Of a DNA stretch of 64,000 nt, positions 1 to 12,990 are shown in pieces (within the stretch, counting starts at the first letter, position 1; each line of letters begins with the position of its first letter). The stretch spans positions 148,058,001-148,122,000 of the forward strand of contig NC_058368.1 in assembly GCF_018350175.1 (NCBI RefSeq). Direction: 5' to 3'. Below the pieces are notes generated by a model. The model had not been told where the DNA came from, ran no database searches, and was given only the letters and a program-made list of their open reading frames with translations. Both the position numbers and the translations under genes were made by a program. The stretch is from Felis catus (lineage: Eukaryota).

Positions 1-3000
1 CCTCAGGGTTCATCCATGTTGTTGCAAATGTCAGGATTTACTTCTTTCTCATGGATGAATAATGTCCCAGTGTGTATGTATGTGTGTGTATGTGTGTGTG
101 TTGCAAAGTTTTTTGGTTTTTTTTTTAATCCATTCATCTTTTTATGGACACTTAGGTTGCTTCCATACCTTGGCTACCATGAATAATGCTGACATGAACA
201 AAGGAGTGCAGATACCTCTTTGATGTCCTGTTTTCATTTTCTTTGCATACATACCCAAAATAGGGTTAGTGAAACATATGGTACTTTTATTTTTAATTTT
301 TTTGAGGAACCTACATACCCTCTCCCATAATAGGTATATCAATTTACATTTCCATCAACAGGGCACAACGGTTCCCCTTACAAATTCTAGACAGCATCTG
401 TTATATCTTGTCTTCTTGATAGGAGAAAGCCTAACAGGAATGAAGTGATAGATCATTGTGGATTTTATTTGCATTTCCCTGATGATTTTTCATACACCTG
501 TTGGTCATTTGTATGTCTTGCTTGGGAAAGTGTCTATTCAGTTCCTCTGGTCATTTTTTAAAAATTGGATGGTTTGTATTATTTTTGCTATTGAATTATA
601 AGAGTTTTTTCAAATATATTTTGTATGTTTACCCCTTATCAGATATATGATTTGTATATGTTTTTCCATTGTGCAGGTTGACTTTTCATTTAGTTGTTTC
701 TTTTGCCGGGCAAAAGCTTTTTAGCTTCATGTAGTCCTATTTATTCATTTTTGTTTTGTTGCTTATGCTTTGAGTGTCATATCCAAAACTCACTGCCAAG
801 ATCAATATCAAGGAGATATTTTCCTGTGTTTTCTTCTGGGTGTTTTATGGTTTCAAGTCTTAAGTCTTTAATCCATTCTGACTTAATTGTTGTGAGTGAT
901 CTACAATTGGAGCCCAATTTCATTATTCCCTATGTGGTTATTCAGTTTTCCAAACACCATTGTTAGAGAGGCTATCCTTTCCCCATGGAGTATTCTTGGC
1001 TTCCTTGTCAAATATTAGTAGAATGTAAATGGGAGGATTTATTTCTGGGCTCTCAACTCTTCCATTGGCCTATGTGTCTGTTTTTATGTTAGTCCATACT
1101 GTATTGATTATTATAGCTTTGTAGTATAGTTTGAGGTGTATGATACCTCAGCTTGGTTTTATTTCCGAGGATTGTTTTGGCTATTCAGACACTTTTTTGA
1201 TTACACAAAAATGTTAGGATTATTTTTTTCTATTTCTGTGAAAAATGCCATTAGAATTTTTTTGATGGCTTTGGGTACTGTGGGCATTTTAACAATATAA
1301 ATTATTCCAATCCATAAACATGGGGTATCTTTCCATTTGTTTGTGTGTTCCTCAATTTCTTTCATCAAAGTCTTACAGTTTTCAGTGGACAGTTCTGTCA
1401 CATTCATTGTATTCCAAAGGATTTTACTGTATCTGATGCTTTGTGAATGGAACTGTCTTATTTATTTTTCAGATAGTTCACTGCTAGTGTATGAAAACAC
1501 AACTGATTCTATATTGATTTTGTATCTGGCAACTTCACTGAATTTGTTGATTAGTTTTAACAGATTTTGGTGGAGTTGATAGAATTTTCAGTATATAAAT
1601 TCACGTCATCTAAAAAGAGACATTTTTGCTTACTTCTGATACGGATGCCTTTTCTTTTTCTTACTTGACTGCTCTGGCTAGGACTTCCACTACTAGATGA
1701 AAAGTAATGATGAGAGCAAGCACCATGGTTTGTCCCTGATCTTAGGGGAATGGCTTTCAACCTTTCAACACTGAGTATGATATCTGTGGATTTGTCATAC
1801 ATGGCCTTTATTATGTTGAGGTATAATCCTTGTATACCTAATTTCTTGATCATTTTTTATCATGGAAGGTCATTATACTTTGTCAAATGCTTATTCTACA
1901 TCTTTCAAGGTAACAATATGAATTTCTCTTTCACTCTATTACTGTGCTATATAACAATTGTTGATGTTTATATGTTGAGCCATTCTTACAGGCTAGGGAT
2001 AAAACCCTCTTGATCATGTGCTGTTTAATTTGGTTTGTTAATTCTGTACTGAGATTTATTTGCATCTCCATTCATCTGGATATCAATCTGCAGTTAGTGT
2101 TTTTTTGTTGTGTCCTTATTAACTTTGGTAAAAAGGTAATAATGGTCTTGTAAAATGAGTTTGGGAGTATTCCCTCCTCTTCAATTTTTTGCAAGAATTT
2201 GAGAAGAACTGGCATTATTTTTTCTTAAAATATTTGGTAGAATATTTTATCAGAGAACCATCTGGCTCTGGGTTTTTCTTTGTTGAGATCATTTTTATAA
2301 CTGATTCAATTCCTTTGGTAGTAAGTTCAGACTTTCTATTTCTTTAAGATTTAGTCTTGGTAGGTTGTATGTTTCTATGAATTTGTCCATTTGTTCTAGG
2401 TTATCCAATATGTTGGCATATAATTGCTCTTAGTCATCTCTTATGATCTCTTGTGTTGTATCTGTATATTATGTTGCTCTTAGTCATCTCTTTGATTCTT
2501 TGTATCTGTCTCCTCTTTCATTTCTGACTTTGAGCCTTCTCTTTTTTTTTTAGTCTAGCTAAAGGTTTGTCAATTTTGTTTACCTTTACAAAACCCAATT
2601 TTTTCCTAAACCTATGTATGTATTCATGCTCTGACCTTTGTTATTTCCTTCTGCTAATTTTGTTCTTTTTCCTGGTTCCTTGAGGTATAAGGTTAGGTTG
2701 TTTATTTGAGATCTTTCTTCTCAATAAGGCATTTCTTGCTAAATTTTTCTCTTAGAACTGCTTTAGCAGCATCCCGTAAGTTTTGGTATGTTGTATTTCC
2801 AATTTTATTTGTTTCAGGTTATTTTTTTTTTATTTCTCTTCTGTTTTCTTTTTTTGACCTATCTGCTCTTCAGGAGTGTATAATTTCCATATATTTTTTT
2901 TAAAAACCCAGTCTTCTACCTGTTTTTATTTCTAGTTTCCTATCAGCATTGTTGGAAAAGATACTTGATTTGATTTCAATCTTCATAAATTTGCTAAGAC

Positions 3001-4735
3001 TTGTTTTGTGACCTAACCTATAATATATCCTGGAGAATGTTCTGAGTGCACTTGAGAAGAATGTATATTGTGCTGCTGATAGATGAAATTTTCAGTATAT
3101 GTCTGTTAAGTCCATTTGGTCTAAAGTGGAATTCATTTCCAATGTTTCCTTATTGATTTTATGTCTGGATTCCATTTTCTGTCTACCCATTCTTGAAAGT
3201 GGGTTATTGAAGTCCCACACTATTATTTTAATGCTGTCTATTTCTCCTTTCATTATTGTATTCTTTAGCTGCATAATGTTTTTGTTTCTGTTACTCTTTG
3301 TTAAACTTTTTTATTTTGTTTGTATATTATTTTTCTAATTTTGTTGAATTATCTGTGTTTTTTTTCTGCCTCATTGGGTTTCCCTAAAAGAGCTGTTTTG
3401 AATTCTTCACTGGGTGAATTGCAGATCTTAAAGCCTTTAGGTTTGGTTACTGAAAAACTATTGTGATCCTTTGGTAATGACGTGTTTCCTTGATTTTCAT
3501 ACTCCTTGAAGTTTTGTGATACATCATCACATCTGAATTAGCAGTCAACTCCTCGAGTCTTTATTTACTGCCTTCAGAATCAGCCCTACTAGAGATTCTG
3601 AGACCAACTCAGACCTTCTTTTATAGGTGCACTTGTTCCATGCTACTTGTTCCTTCTTGTGGCAAAATTCTTAACCTTGTTTCTCTGAATCATGCAGAGC
3701 ATTATGCCAAGTGCTGAGAACATCTCTTATTTTTCAAAAGTTGGTACTAAAACCCAAGTTTGTAGTCTCTCCCTGGCTCTCAAATTTACACCAGCTTTCT
3801 ACAGATTCTCAATGGCCATGTGTCAAAGCTTACCCTCACTGCCAAAGCTTATTCTCACTGCCATAGTCTGGTGTATACACAGAGAGGCAACCAGAAGGCA
3901 GGTGTGTGTAGGTGATGCACATAGAGCGCTAGGAACATCTGTGGACCACTTTAAGGGATCTTCACACAAAGCATACCCACTGGCTAGTAGGCAGGCTTCC
4001 TGATGGGAGTCCAAAAGGCTAGTAGTACCCACATCCATTTCGTGCCCTGAGAATCCTATCTACTGCTCTCTCAGCCTCTTCTGGACCCCTAGTCATGTAG
4101 CTTATGATTCAATACTTTTGATGGAGTAAGAGTGAAATGAGCCCTTTTGGCAGTGTCACACACAGCTGGAGAAGTTGGTGCTCACTTACAGGCTCTCCCT
4201 TTCCCCCATGGGGAAATCATAGGGTGATAAAGATCTGTCATGGCCCTAAGCTGTGTTGTTTTGAGGAAGGGATAATGAAGGTAATATCAAGCTGCTTTTC
4301 TTACCCACTCCAGGGCATTCAAACTCGAAAATACATATATGCATACATACATAAGATTTTTTCTTTTTTGCTACTATGGTGTTCTAGAACTTTCTTTGGA
4401 AACCCACACATAACCCCAAAGACTCCCTTGTCCATGAGTAGTTATATAAGACAATTTCCCTGTGGCTCCTGGATAAGAGCTGAGAAGGGCTGGAGCTGGT
4501 TCACAGGCAACTGCAAGTTCCATAGCCTGGACCTAGGTCTGTCTGCCTATTACCTACAGCACATATGAATGAGACTTCCTCTGGGTCCCTTGGTGTATAG
4601 AGCCCATTGTATGACTTCTTCAAAGGCACTTCTGTCAACAGACAAACGCTGAATTTTTGTTATTGGGTGGGAGTAGGGGTAAGATGAGGAATGTGTTTTG
4701 CCACCATTAGGCTGACATTGCTGACATCACCTTCC
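1..4735 (-). mobile_element. Old LINE-1 (L1MA/L1_Carn-like), 5' UTR to ORF2 end/3' UTR, internally deleted, runs off the left edge
   Basis: Minus-strand ORF fragments match L1 ORF2 (GICTPLFMSALFMVAKVWKQPKCP; LMKEIEEHTNKWKDTPCLWIG; LFLDDVNLY RT motif; KINKETLEMNSTLDQMDLTDIY endonuclease). ORF1-start-like sequence near 3500 and a 5'-end-like GGTGATGTCAGCAAT near 4730. Many stops and frameshifts. Confidence 0.9.
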
Positions 4736-6169
4736 TGTTTCTTCTTTACTCTTGAAAAGTCATCATCATTGAAACCTGCCATACCATTAAAATGCACAAA
4801 ATTTATATTCCTTAAACATATTCCCTAAACACTGAAACAATAAACTCAATTATCTGGTTCTTTCTACTCCTAAATGATAGGGAAGCACATTGCAATCTGT
4901 TGGTTCATAATTTAGAAATTAATTTTGGTTCCACATGGCTAAGAACAATTGGTTCTCACAGTGAACACAATGATTGCTAGAATGCAGCATCAGAGTTATC
5001 TCTGCTTCTATCAGATTATGGAAAATGTTCTTGTCAAGGCTGCGGTTTCCCACCTCTTGTTTTTATTTTCTTGGCAATTTGTAAAATGTTCTATTGTTAA
5101 CCACTCCATCTGGTTCAAGTCCTTTTTCCTTGCTTTACATGTCCTTTTTACAGATCATTGACACTGAATAGATTGTTTCTAGTTAATGTGGCTACTCAGA
5201 CTGAATTACAGAAATGGTAGTATCCACATGGGATCATTCCATCCTTCTACATAGGACTACACATCAACTATCATAACAAGATTCTTCTGAATATTTAAAA
5301 CTGTTAATAAACTACAACCACTTTTTAAATTTGAACATAAGGTGCCTTGTTTACATGGCGCACAAAAGTTATTTTGACCCTATTGCTATCTGTATACCCT
5401 GAACTTGGAATTACTCCACACACCTGAAACAGGTTTGCGTCCTTGGTCTTGACATAGTCTATTTCTACATGGCTTTACCTTTGATTTGTCCCTTTCCAGA
5501 CATTCTTCTGATGGTGCCTATACAATACTGTCTTCCAATTAAAAATAAAACATTGATTCCCTGCCAAAGTGCGTACTCACTAAGCCACTCAGATCAATCA
5601 GCTGACTCCTTCCCATGATTACCTAATAGCCAATGACACTCAGAAACCTGTTTGATAGGAATAAATAGTTTTATGGACAAGGGCTTATGTATAAAAAGTA
5701 CAAAAAGTTGAGTTGAACTGGATCATTATGAATATTAAAAATGAAAAATCAAGTAAAATAAAAATAAGCAATAGTAAAACATAACCTTTGATTAATACTT
5801 TTACTTGCTTAATTATGTACACAAGTAATTTAAATCTCCAACTTCCTACTTATGTTTATTTATATTTTTAATTTCAAATTTTAATTCAATAAATAATTTA
5901 TATCCTTCACATTGCAAGATTATTCTTTTCTTAGAAAAAAGAAAGATCTCCATTGGAATGTTAAAAATATATTTGCTCTGGTTCTTATCAATGTCAAACA
6001 TATTTTTAACATTTAATATAACATTTTCAGAAGTCTTAAAAAAACTGCATTTTGAAACTTACTCCTATACTATCTTATTAAAAGGAGTTAATTGCTAAAT
6101 AAAACCACTGAGCTCTTATTACCTGCCTGCCAGCAACTGTGATGGTAGGTTGACAATACACAGTCCTTT

Positions 6170-6646
6170 TCTTTTACCAGCTTTACTGAGTTACAAATGA
6201 CAAATAAAATTGTAAAATATTTAGTGTACAATGTGATGATTTGATATATGTATGCATTATGAAAGGATCTCTACTAAGTTAATTAACACCTCCATCAGTT
6301 TGGTGAGAACACGTTAGTTCTATTTTCTTAGAAAGTTTCAATTACTTAGCACATATTTATCAACTATAGTCACTATGTTATACATTATATCCCCAGACCT
6401 TATCTCATAACAGGAAGTTTATACCCTTTTAACAGCCTCTCTCCATTTCCCACATCTCCCACATCCAGCAACCACCTTTCTACTTTGTTTCTATGACTTT
6501 GCTTCTTTTCTATGAGGTGGGTGGTGGGGGATGTTCCACATACAACTGACACCACACAGTATTTGTCTTTTTCTGTCATATTTCACTTGGTATAATGTCC
6601 TCCAAACTCATTAATGTTGCTGCAAATGACTGGATTTCCTTTGTTC
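6170..6646 (-). mobile_element. L1 3' end fragment (L1MA-like)
   Basis: Typical antisense L1MA 3' UTR text (ctttactgagttacaaatgacaaataaaattgt...caactatagtcactatgttatacatt...gttgctgcaaatgactggatttcc). Confidence 0.8.
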
Positions 6647-6660
6647 TATTTTTCACATGA

Positions 6661-6733
6661 TGGTATGTATATCATGGAATATTATTCAGCAAAGGAAATC
6701 CAGTCATTTGCAAAGGAACAAAGGAAATCCAGT
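6661..6733 (+). mobile_element. Short inverted L1 fragment abutting the previous element
   Basis: tggtatgtatatcatggaatattattcagc...aaaggaaatccagtcatttgca is sense L1 sequence. 6691-6712 is the exact reverse complement of 6621-6642. Confidence 0.75.
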
Positions 6734-7484
6734 GTTTCAGAATCTTCAATGTTTATAAATTACTCATATTTCCAAAATTTCTCTTTGGAAACAGTTTCAT
6801 TCACCTGATCTTAACAACATAATGCCACCTAAAATTTGGCATCATTTACCAGTAAGTGGGAACCAAACTTGGTTATCTTTACAGAAAAATGAGTAAGTGG
6901 TTTCACATACTGTATTACGGATACAGAAAGTACTAATGAATAATTTTACTTGTTTGGCTTCAGAAGCCTTTTTTTTTTAATCACACCTTGCCAGTAAAAA
7001 TCCCCAAATTATACTCTGGCCTTCTTTCGATGCTTAACACTGAGGTCTATGATTTTCCAATAGTGAATATAAAGTCAACAGAAAGCATATGAAATATCCC
7101 CATACAAGTCAAAGTGAATTATGCTTTTAAAGTGACTATAAGCTCATCTCTTACTGATCTTTTTTAAAAACTTTTTTCATTCTTTTTAGAGAATGTATTA
7201 AGGTCAGTATCAGGTACCAGGCAACTGTGATAAAAGTTTACAATTAAAAAAAACAATTAATAAAAATCCTCTACATGTAATTAGGTATGGCCTTGTCACT
7301 TATATGCAATTACATAAAATATATAATTTCATATATTAATATTTCCAGCCAGAAAGTAACAACAGTGTGAGTGTAAGAAGTACTACCTGGAAGATCTTTC
7401 TTTCGAATAAAACAGTGTGTTGAAAAAAAGCCTCATTCAAAAATCTTCTATATCTAAATATTTGTTGTCATTGTAGACAATACT

Positions 7485-7572
7485 CTCAATATACTATGTG
7501 CGAGGCACTGCACTAAGTACTAATTCATCTAATATATTAGTATTTCCACATTATAGGTGAGGAAACCGAGGA
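7485..7572 (-). mobile_element. MIR fragment
   Basis: tactatgtgcgaggcactgcactaagtact and ccacattataggtgaggaaaccgagg resemble the antisense MIR core. Confidence 0.6.
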
Positions 7573-8788
7573 GAGATAAAATAATAATCCTACTGCAATG
7601 CATATACTAATTATATGTGCACTTAGTAGCTTCATGAGTATTTCTGTAAAGCAACTCAGACAAACCCCATGATTAGTCACTCCTCAGTAACAAGGAACCT
7701 TATCTTTCACAGTGTTCTTTAAGCTTTGCTTTAAAGTGTCTAAATCTATTTTATTTCATATACAATAATTTTATGTGGAACCCAATGAATAGGATAGACT
7801 AAAGTGGCAGAACTCAACACATTCTTGCCTATTCTGGTGGCCCATTCTGCTTAGAGATTAATTTTTTGAAAAATTAACTACAAGAAATTATTTCCAAGAA
7901 AAGACTCTAGTGAATTCTCTCTTAAAAAGATAAAGAAGCCAATGTTTCTGCTGAAAATAACTTTAAAATTCTGCTAATAGGTAAAAAGAGAGTAGTGCAT
8001 ATAAATTCAGTATAGTTATTTCTGTAATGATTTATTCAACTTCCAGACAGCCAAAGTAGTTTGGGAGATCCTGTGGCTAAGAAAATTTAAAATCTTCTTT
8101 TACTTTTTCTTTAAATATTGCTACAAAAATATTTAATTTAAATGTATTCACTTTACTATTTGTGTTTTGATTAATTTCGCCTTAAATATTAAATAGCCTT
8201 AAATGGCCTTAATTAAATATCATAAAATCCCTTGAGAATGTGATGTGTTGATAAAACAAATAAGAAGCTATAAATTCCTAACAAGCTTGAAAGAAGCTTA
8301 TAAAGCAATTTCTGAAAAGAAGTGACTAAAATGGTAATGTAAGCCCAGTATGAAATAATGTAAAACCGGCCTTTTATGAAAGTCACTCTCCTTGCGGTTT
8401 GCTCTGTTATCTTTGACTTAAGGCATTACCTCCTGAAGATGACAATTTACAAATGATAAGAGAGATAAATATTGCATGCTTACCTGTTATATTAATACAG
8501 AATAATTTTTAAAATCTTCAGTTAAGATTTTAAGTCTTACCATTTTAATAATATCTTCACCTATTCATGAACATCTTTCCCTCTACTTTTTTATGACATC
8601 CTAGTCCCGACTGTACCCAAGAGGTAAATGCTTTCAGTGAGTAAGCTGAGCTTACTCTGCTAGAGAAATTTTAATATTAGAGTAGGTTGATAACACTGTA
8701 AACTCATGATCACAATTTCAAATCAGCACTCAACAGTGTACAGTAATACTGCTACATTTTTTTGTTCAGTTTAATCCCTTATTCTCCA

Positions 8789-8914
8789 CAGCAGTGACTC
8801 ACAACGTGTAGTCCATGGACCAGCACAACCTGCACCGACTCTGAACCTGTCACAAATGCAAATTAGTGCCTTCATCCAGGTCTACTAAATCACAAATTCT
8901 GGGCCTGGAGCCCA
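8789..8914. mobile_element. MER5A-like hAT-Charlie DNA transposon relic
   Basis: cagcagtgactcacaacgtgtagtccatggaccagca...aaatgcaaatt...tctactaaatcacaaattctggg follows the MER5A pattern. Confidence 0.65.
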
Positions 8915-9849
8915 CATCTTCAGATATGATTGCTTTGGTAACAGCTCTTGATTTCATGTTTCCTGTGCTTCAGATGCATATTTCCATTTACATATTGAAG
9001 GTGGCCTCTACGATATCTCATCAATAACTTCAAAATAGTGTATCAAAAATGTCTTCTTCCTCCCTGAGTGTCTTACCTTACGCACTTTTCTTGCTTTTAC
9101 ATAACAAGCCTCTACTAATATAATGTGGGTATCATTCTTAAAGCTTTTCTCTCCCTCTTTCACTGCTTCATTGTTCATAAATCCTATATATATTAACCCT
9201 AGATACATGTGTAGAAAACCTCTACACTTGTATAATATCATTACTGCTTTTTTTTAACTTAGCCCTATATAATATTTTCCTGGTATATTCCATTATTTTA
9301 AATATGGTTTTCTTGTTGCTAACTTATGGGGTCTTATCATCCATTATCTTTTTTACCATTATCTTCTCAAAAGAAAAAATCATCACCGTCTCTTACACAG
9401 AACCTCTGCTGACTTTTCATTTGTTAAATTCAAACTCATACTATAATGTCAAAAAAAAGAACAGAGAGGGACTTTTTCAATCTTTTTTAAACCATATAAG
9501 CTTGACTCCGGACATCATTCTGGAACATAGTGCCCACACATTTTATGCTCATTTGATACTACATACCGGAAAGAGTCTCACTGATTCATTTAGTTCATTA
9601 AACATGTGGATATTTGCCTTTGTACTCTTGGTAAAGAACAAATTGGTCACCTATCCAATCTTCTCCTTATCTTCCCTCCTTAAACAAAAGCAAAGCAAGG
9701 CAAAGCAAACAAAACAACACAAAACAAAAAACAAAACTCCTCCTTAGCTATTCATTCATGTCCCTCTAGACAAGATGACTGCTACCAGGATTCTAGGAAT
9801 CTTCACTGATTAATCTGTCAGTCACCATGGCCCTGTTCTTTTCTCTATC

Positions 9850-10445
9850 ATAAATTTGCCAATGGCATGTGATCCAATTTGGGAAGACCTGCTAAGAATT
9901 CCTTGACAGGAATTCTCTGTTGCTTGGAAAAATACTAAAGCAGAGAAGGCCTTTTCTATCTCTGAATGTGATTGTCTTTTCATTTAAACTGCTTTACATA
10001 TCACATAAAGGGATTTGTACATGGTGAATTCTATATATTCTCTCCATATAAATGGATTATATGTGTATACAATACTATGTCCACATATATATGTATATAT
10101 ATAGTGGGAATATTCTAATTTCACTTTAAAATACTCTCAAAGTTCACTTTTATATATTTCTAGTTATATATTTTATCTTTTAAATACCTATTCTAAAATT
10201 ATTTTTATTGATTATTTCCACAGGCCATCTTCCTTAAAGGAGTACAACACATATTATTTATGTTTCTATCTCTGCATGTTGTTGTGCCTGTAAGTGATGC
10301 CCCAAACTGCTTGAGGATGACACTTATGATTGAAGACATACTCTTACTTCTGAACCTGAATTTCTTTTATGTAACATGATAAATTTACTGTTTTTAAGCA
10401 AGTTTGAATTGGGATTTTCTGTAGCTTAGAACCAAGAGCATTCTG
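9850..10445 (+). mobile_element. Old MaLR LTR (MLT1J/K-like), interrupted by AT-rich sequence
   Basis: ggcatgtgatccaattt at the start. The end matches the MLT1 3' signature (actgtttttaagcaagtttgaattgggattttctgtagcttagaaccaagagcattc). Confidence 0.5.
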
Positions 10446-10489
10446 CTATCTTCTCTTAATAAACAAAACCTTACTCAGTTGTGTATCTT

Positions 10490-10870
10490 CGTTTCCCTTC
10501 TCCCACATGACACTATTAGTGAATGATGCCCAGGGTTTCTCACTGGTTTTGTTTGAGTCTTCTTTGATACTTTCCACAATGACCCTGGCCCAGAATATTG
10601 TTCCTTTTCTCTTTGAACAACTCATGATTCTCACTCATTTTTTAGTATGTATTTCAGATATCTCTCCTTAAATTCCTGTAATGCTTTACCCAATTCTCAG
10701 CTGCAAATTTTATAGTGATTCAACTGCAGAGATATTATATACTTCTTTATTCATAGCGTTGGTCCTATTTTACCTTTTTTTCAATTTCCAGATTTATTTT
10801 AATCTATCTACACAACGCCAGCATCTAGCACTGTAAGACATATCACATCTTCAATCAATATTTGTAAAAT
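10490..10870 (+). mobile_element. L2 fragments
   Basis: Pyrimidine-rich L2-like text ending gccagcatctagcactgtaagacatat...caatcaatatttgt. Confidence 0.4.
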
Positions 10871-12783
10871 TTTCAATTAAGGGAAAGCAACTATTTGGGA
10901 AATTATTAAATATCTGATAATGAGAGTATTATGTATACCAATTACTCAAAAACTATTTTTATTCTCTCTCAACAAACTGAATAATCAAAAAGAATGAACA
11001 CGACTTTAAAAATAATGTCTCCACAAAACTGTGAACAACTCTAATAAAAAAAATGCTTTCACAATTGCTGACTTTTTGAAAGAGGACAAGAACTGCTATT
11101 TGAGAATTGTGCTATAAAGGAACGAGTTAATGTTCCAATGAAAATTCCTAGGAGGCTGATACAGTCCATTAAAATGAGGGGTATTTGGTCACTTCACTGA
11201 ATTACTTTAGAGAAAACCTCCGGTCTTGATGAGTTCTTCCAGAAAATAGAACATTTCAAAGTTCACACAATTGTGTTTAAGAATAATTTCAACCTTTTTT
11301 TCTACAAAGCTAACATACAATCTTTATTGCATGTAAGAGATTGTTGACAGTAACATATTCATTCCTTTTACTTAAAAATCCCAAAAAGAAAAAAGGGCCT
11401 CCTATAATGAGAAAAATTCCAAAAAGAGGAAGCATGAAAACAGGCTATAAAAAAATTTGGATTTGAGTTTGCTTTACTTTACAGTGAAGTCTAAGAGTAA
11501 TATTATCATTAGCTTAATAATTTCATTCTTAAAGTTGAGCTTCAATCACTAAAAGTTTGTACAGTTTTAAATCAAAAGATAGTGTATCCATCTCATTGCC
11601 AAATAAAAATATACCATAAATAAAGGAAATGTACTGAATATGTCTAAATCAAGTCACTGTGCAGAGTGCTACTACAGTAGGCAAATATTTATTGAAATGT
11701 AGACTCCACTATTATATAACAACTGACAGGGAAAAAAATAAACACAAAATTAACATATTTTAAATACCACATGATAAACGTGAAAACTACACATGGAGTC
11801 AAAATTAGGGTCTTGAGCTTGTAAATAGTTTAGCAACAATTTTTCTTCAATCAACAGTGGCTTCCAACAAATTTAACTACAGTAAATAATATAATAGTCT
11901 TCTATTACTCCAGACAGAAGTTGAACTTATTCATTGTTTTCTCCAGTAACGGTCATGTAAGTGATGATACATCTCTGGTATCAAGTTAATTATGTACTTT
12001 TTTTTTTCAATTTAGCTTCTAAGTGTCTATAAATCATTTAAAACGTTTTTATGGCTTTGTTATGTTTTATTCTACTATACCCTTTATTTCCCCCCTTTCT
12101 CCCTCAGAGAACAAAGTGCCCCATTATTAATATAGGGAAAGGTTATAGTAAAAACAAAGTATGCACAAATACACTCATGTATGTAATGATATGTGATGTG
12201 CATGTAAAAAGTATATAATAATTGTACTGCATATATATGTAATTGTGTATATAATGTATATATAATATGTAAATGCAATGACTTTATTGTTTAGCAATCT
12301 CTTCCAAAATACAATGTAATCCTTGAGGGCAGAATCTATGGATTCAAACTGGATATCCAGTTTGTATACACTGGATATCATGCATCTTTCTACTGACTAC
12401 ATCACACATAATCAGTGAATATCTGTTTAATTTGAACAAGGGGTTATTGCTACAGTTTCTTGTTATGATATTCAGCACCAAAATCAACTATTTATTTATT
12501 TATGCACAGCCTGCGTCTATCCCAAATACAGTTTAGTTTTATTTTTTCATGATTATAAAGAAATTTTAAGATGTTCTTTATTCCAAAAATTTCTATTGTT
12601 TTTCTCCCAGCACAGAATCAAATCAAATGATTAAATCCACTCAAAATTCAAAGTACAAAATATAGACATATTTAAAGAATGTGATTAGGGTATTTTTTTT
12701 AAACCAACCTAATTTTGATAGCAAGAATAATTTGGGGAAAATGCAGAATACTTGAAAGATCTTCATTTAAATATCCACAGACA

Positions 12784-12990
12784 GGGGTGCCTGGGTGGCT
12801 CAGTCGGTTGAGTGTCCAACTTCAGCTCAGGTCATGATCTCACGGTTCGTGAGTTCAAGCCCCACATCAGTCTCTGTGCTGACAGCTCAGAGCCTGGAGC
12901 CTGCTTCTGATTCTGTGTCTCCCTCTCTCTCTGTTCCTCTCCCCCTCACACTCTGTCTCTTTCTCTCAAAAATAAATAAATGTTAAAAAA
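12784..12990 (+). mobile_element. Can-SINE (SINEC_Fc family)
   Basis: ggggtgcctgggtggctcagtcggtt head, CT-rich region and A-rich tail. 19-bp TSD atttaaatatccacagaca at 12765-12783 and 12991-13009. Confidence 0.97.

Noticed and set aside
9304..9747. 147-aa hydrophobic ORF
   Set aside because: AT-rich composition running into a CAAAA-type repeat, with no recognisable domain or splice context.
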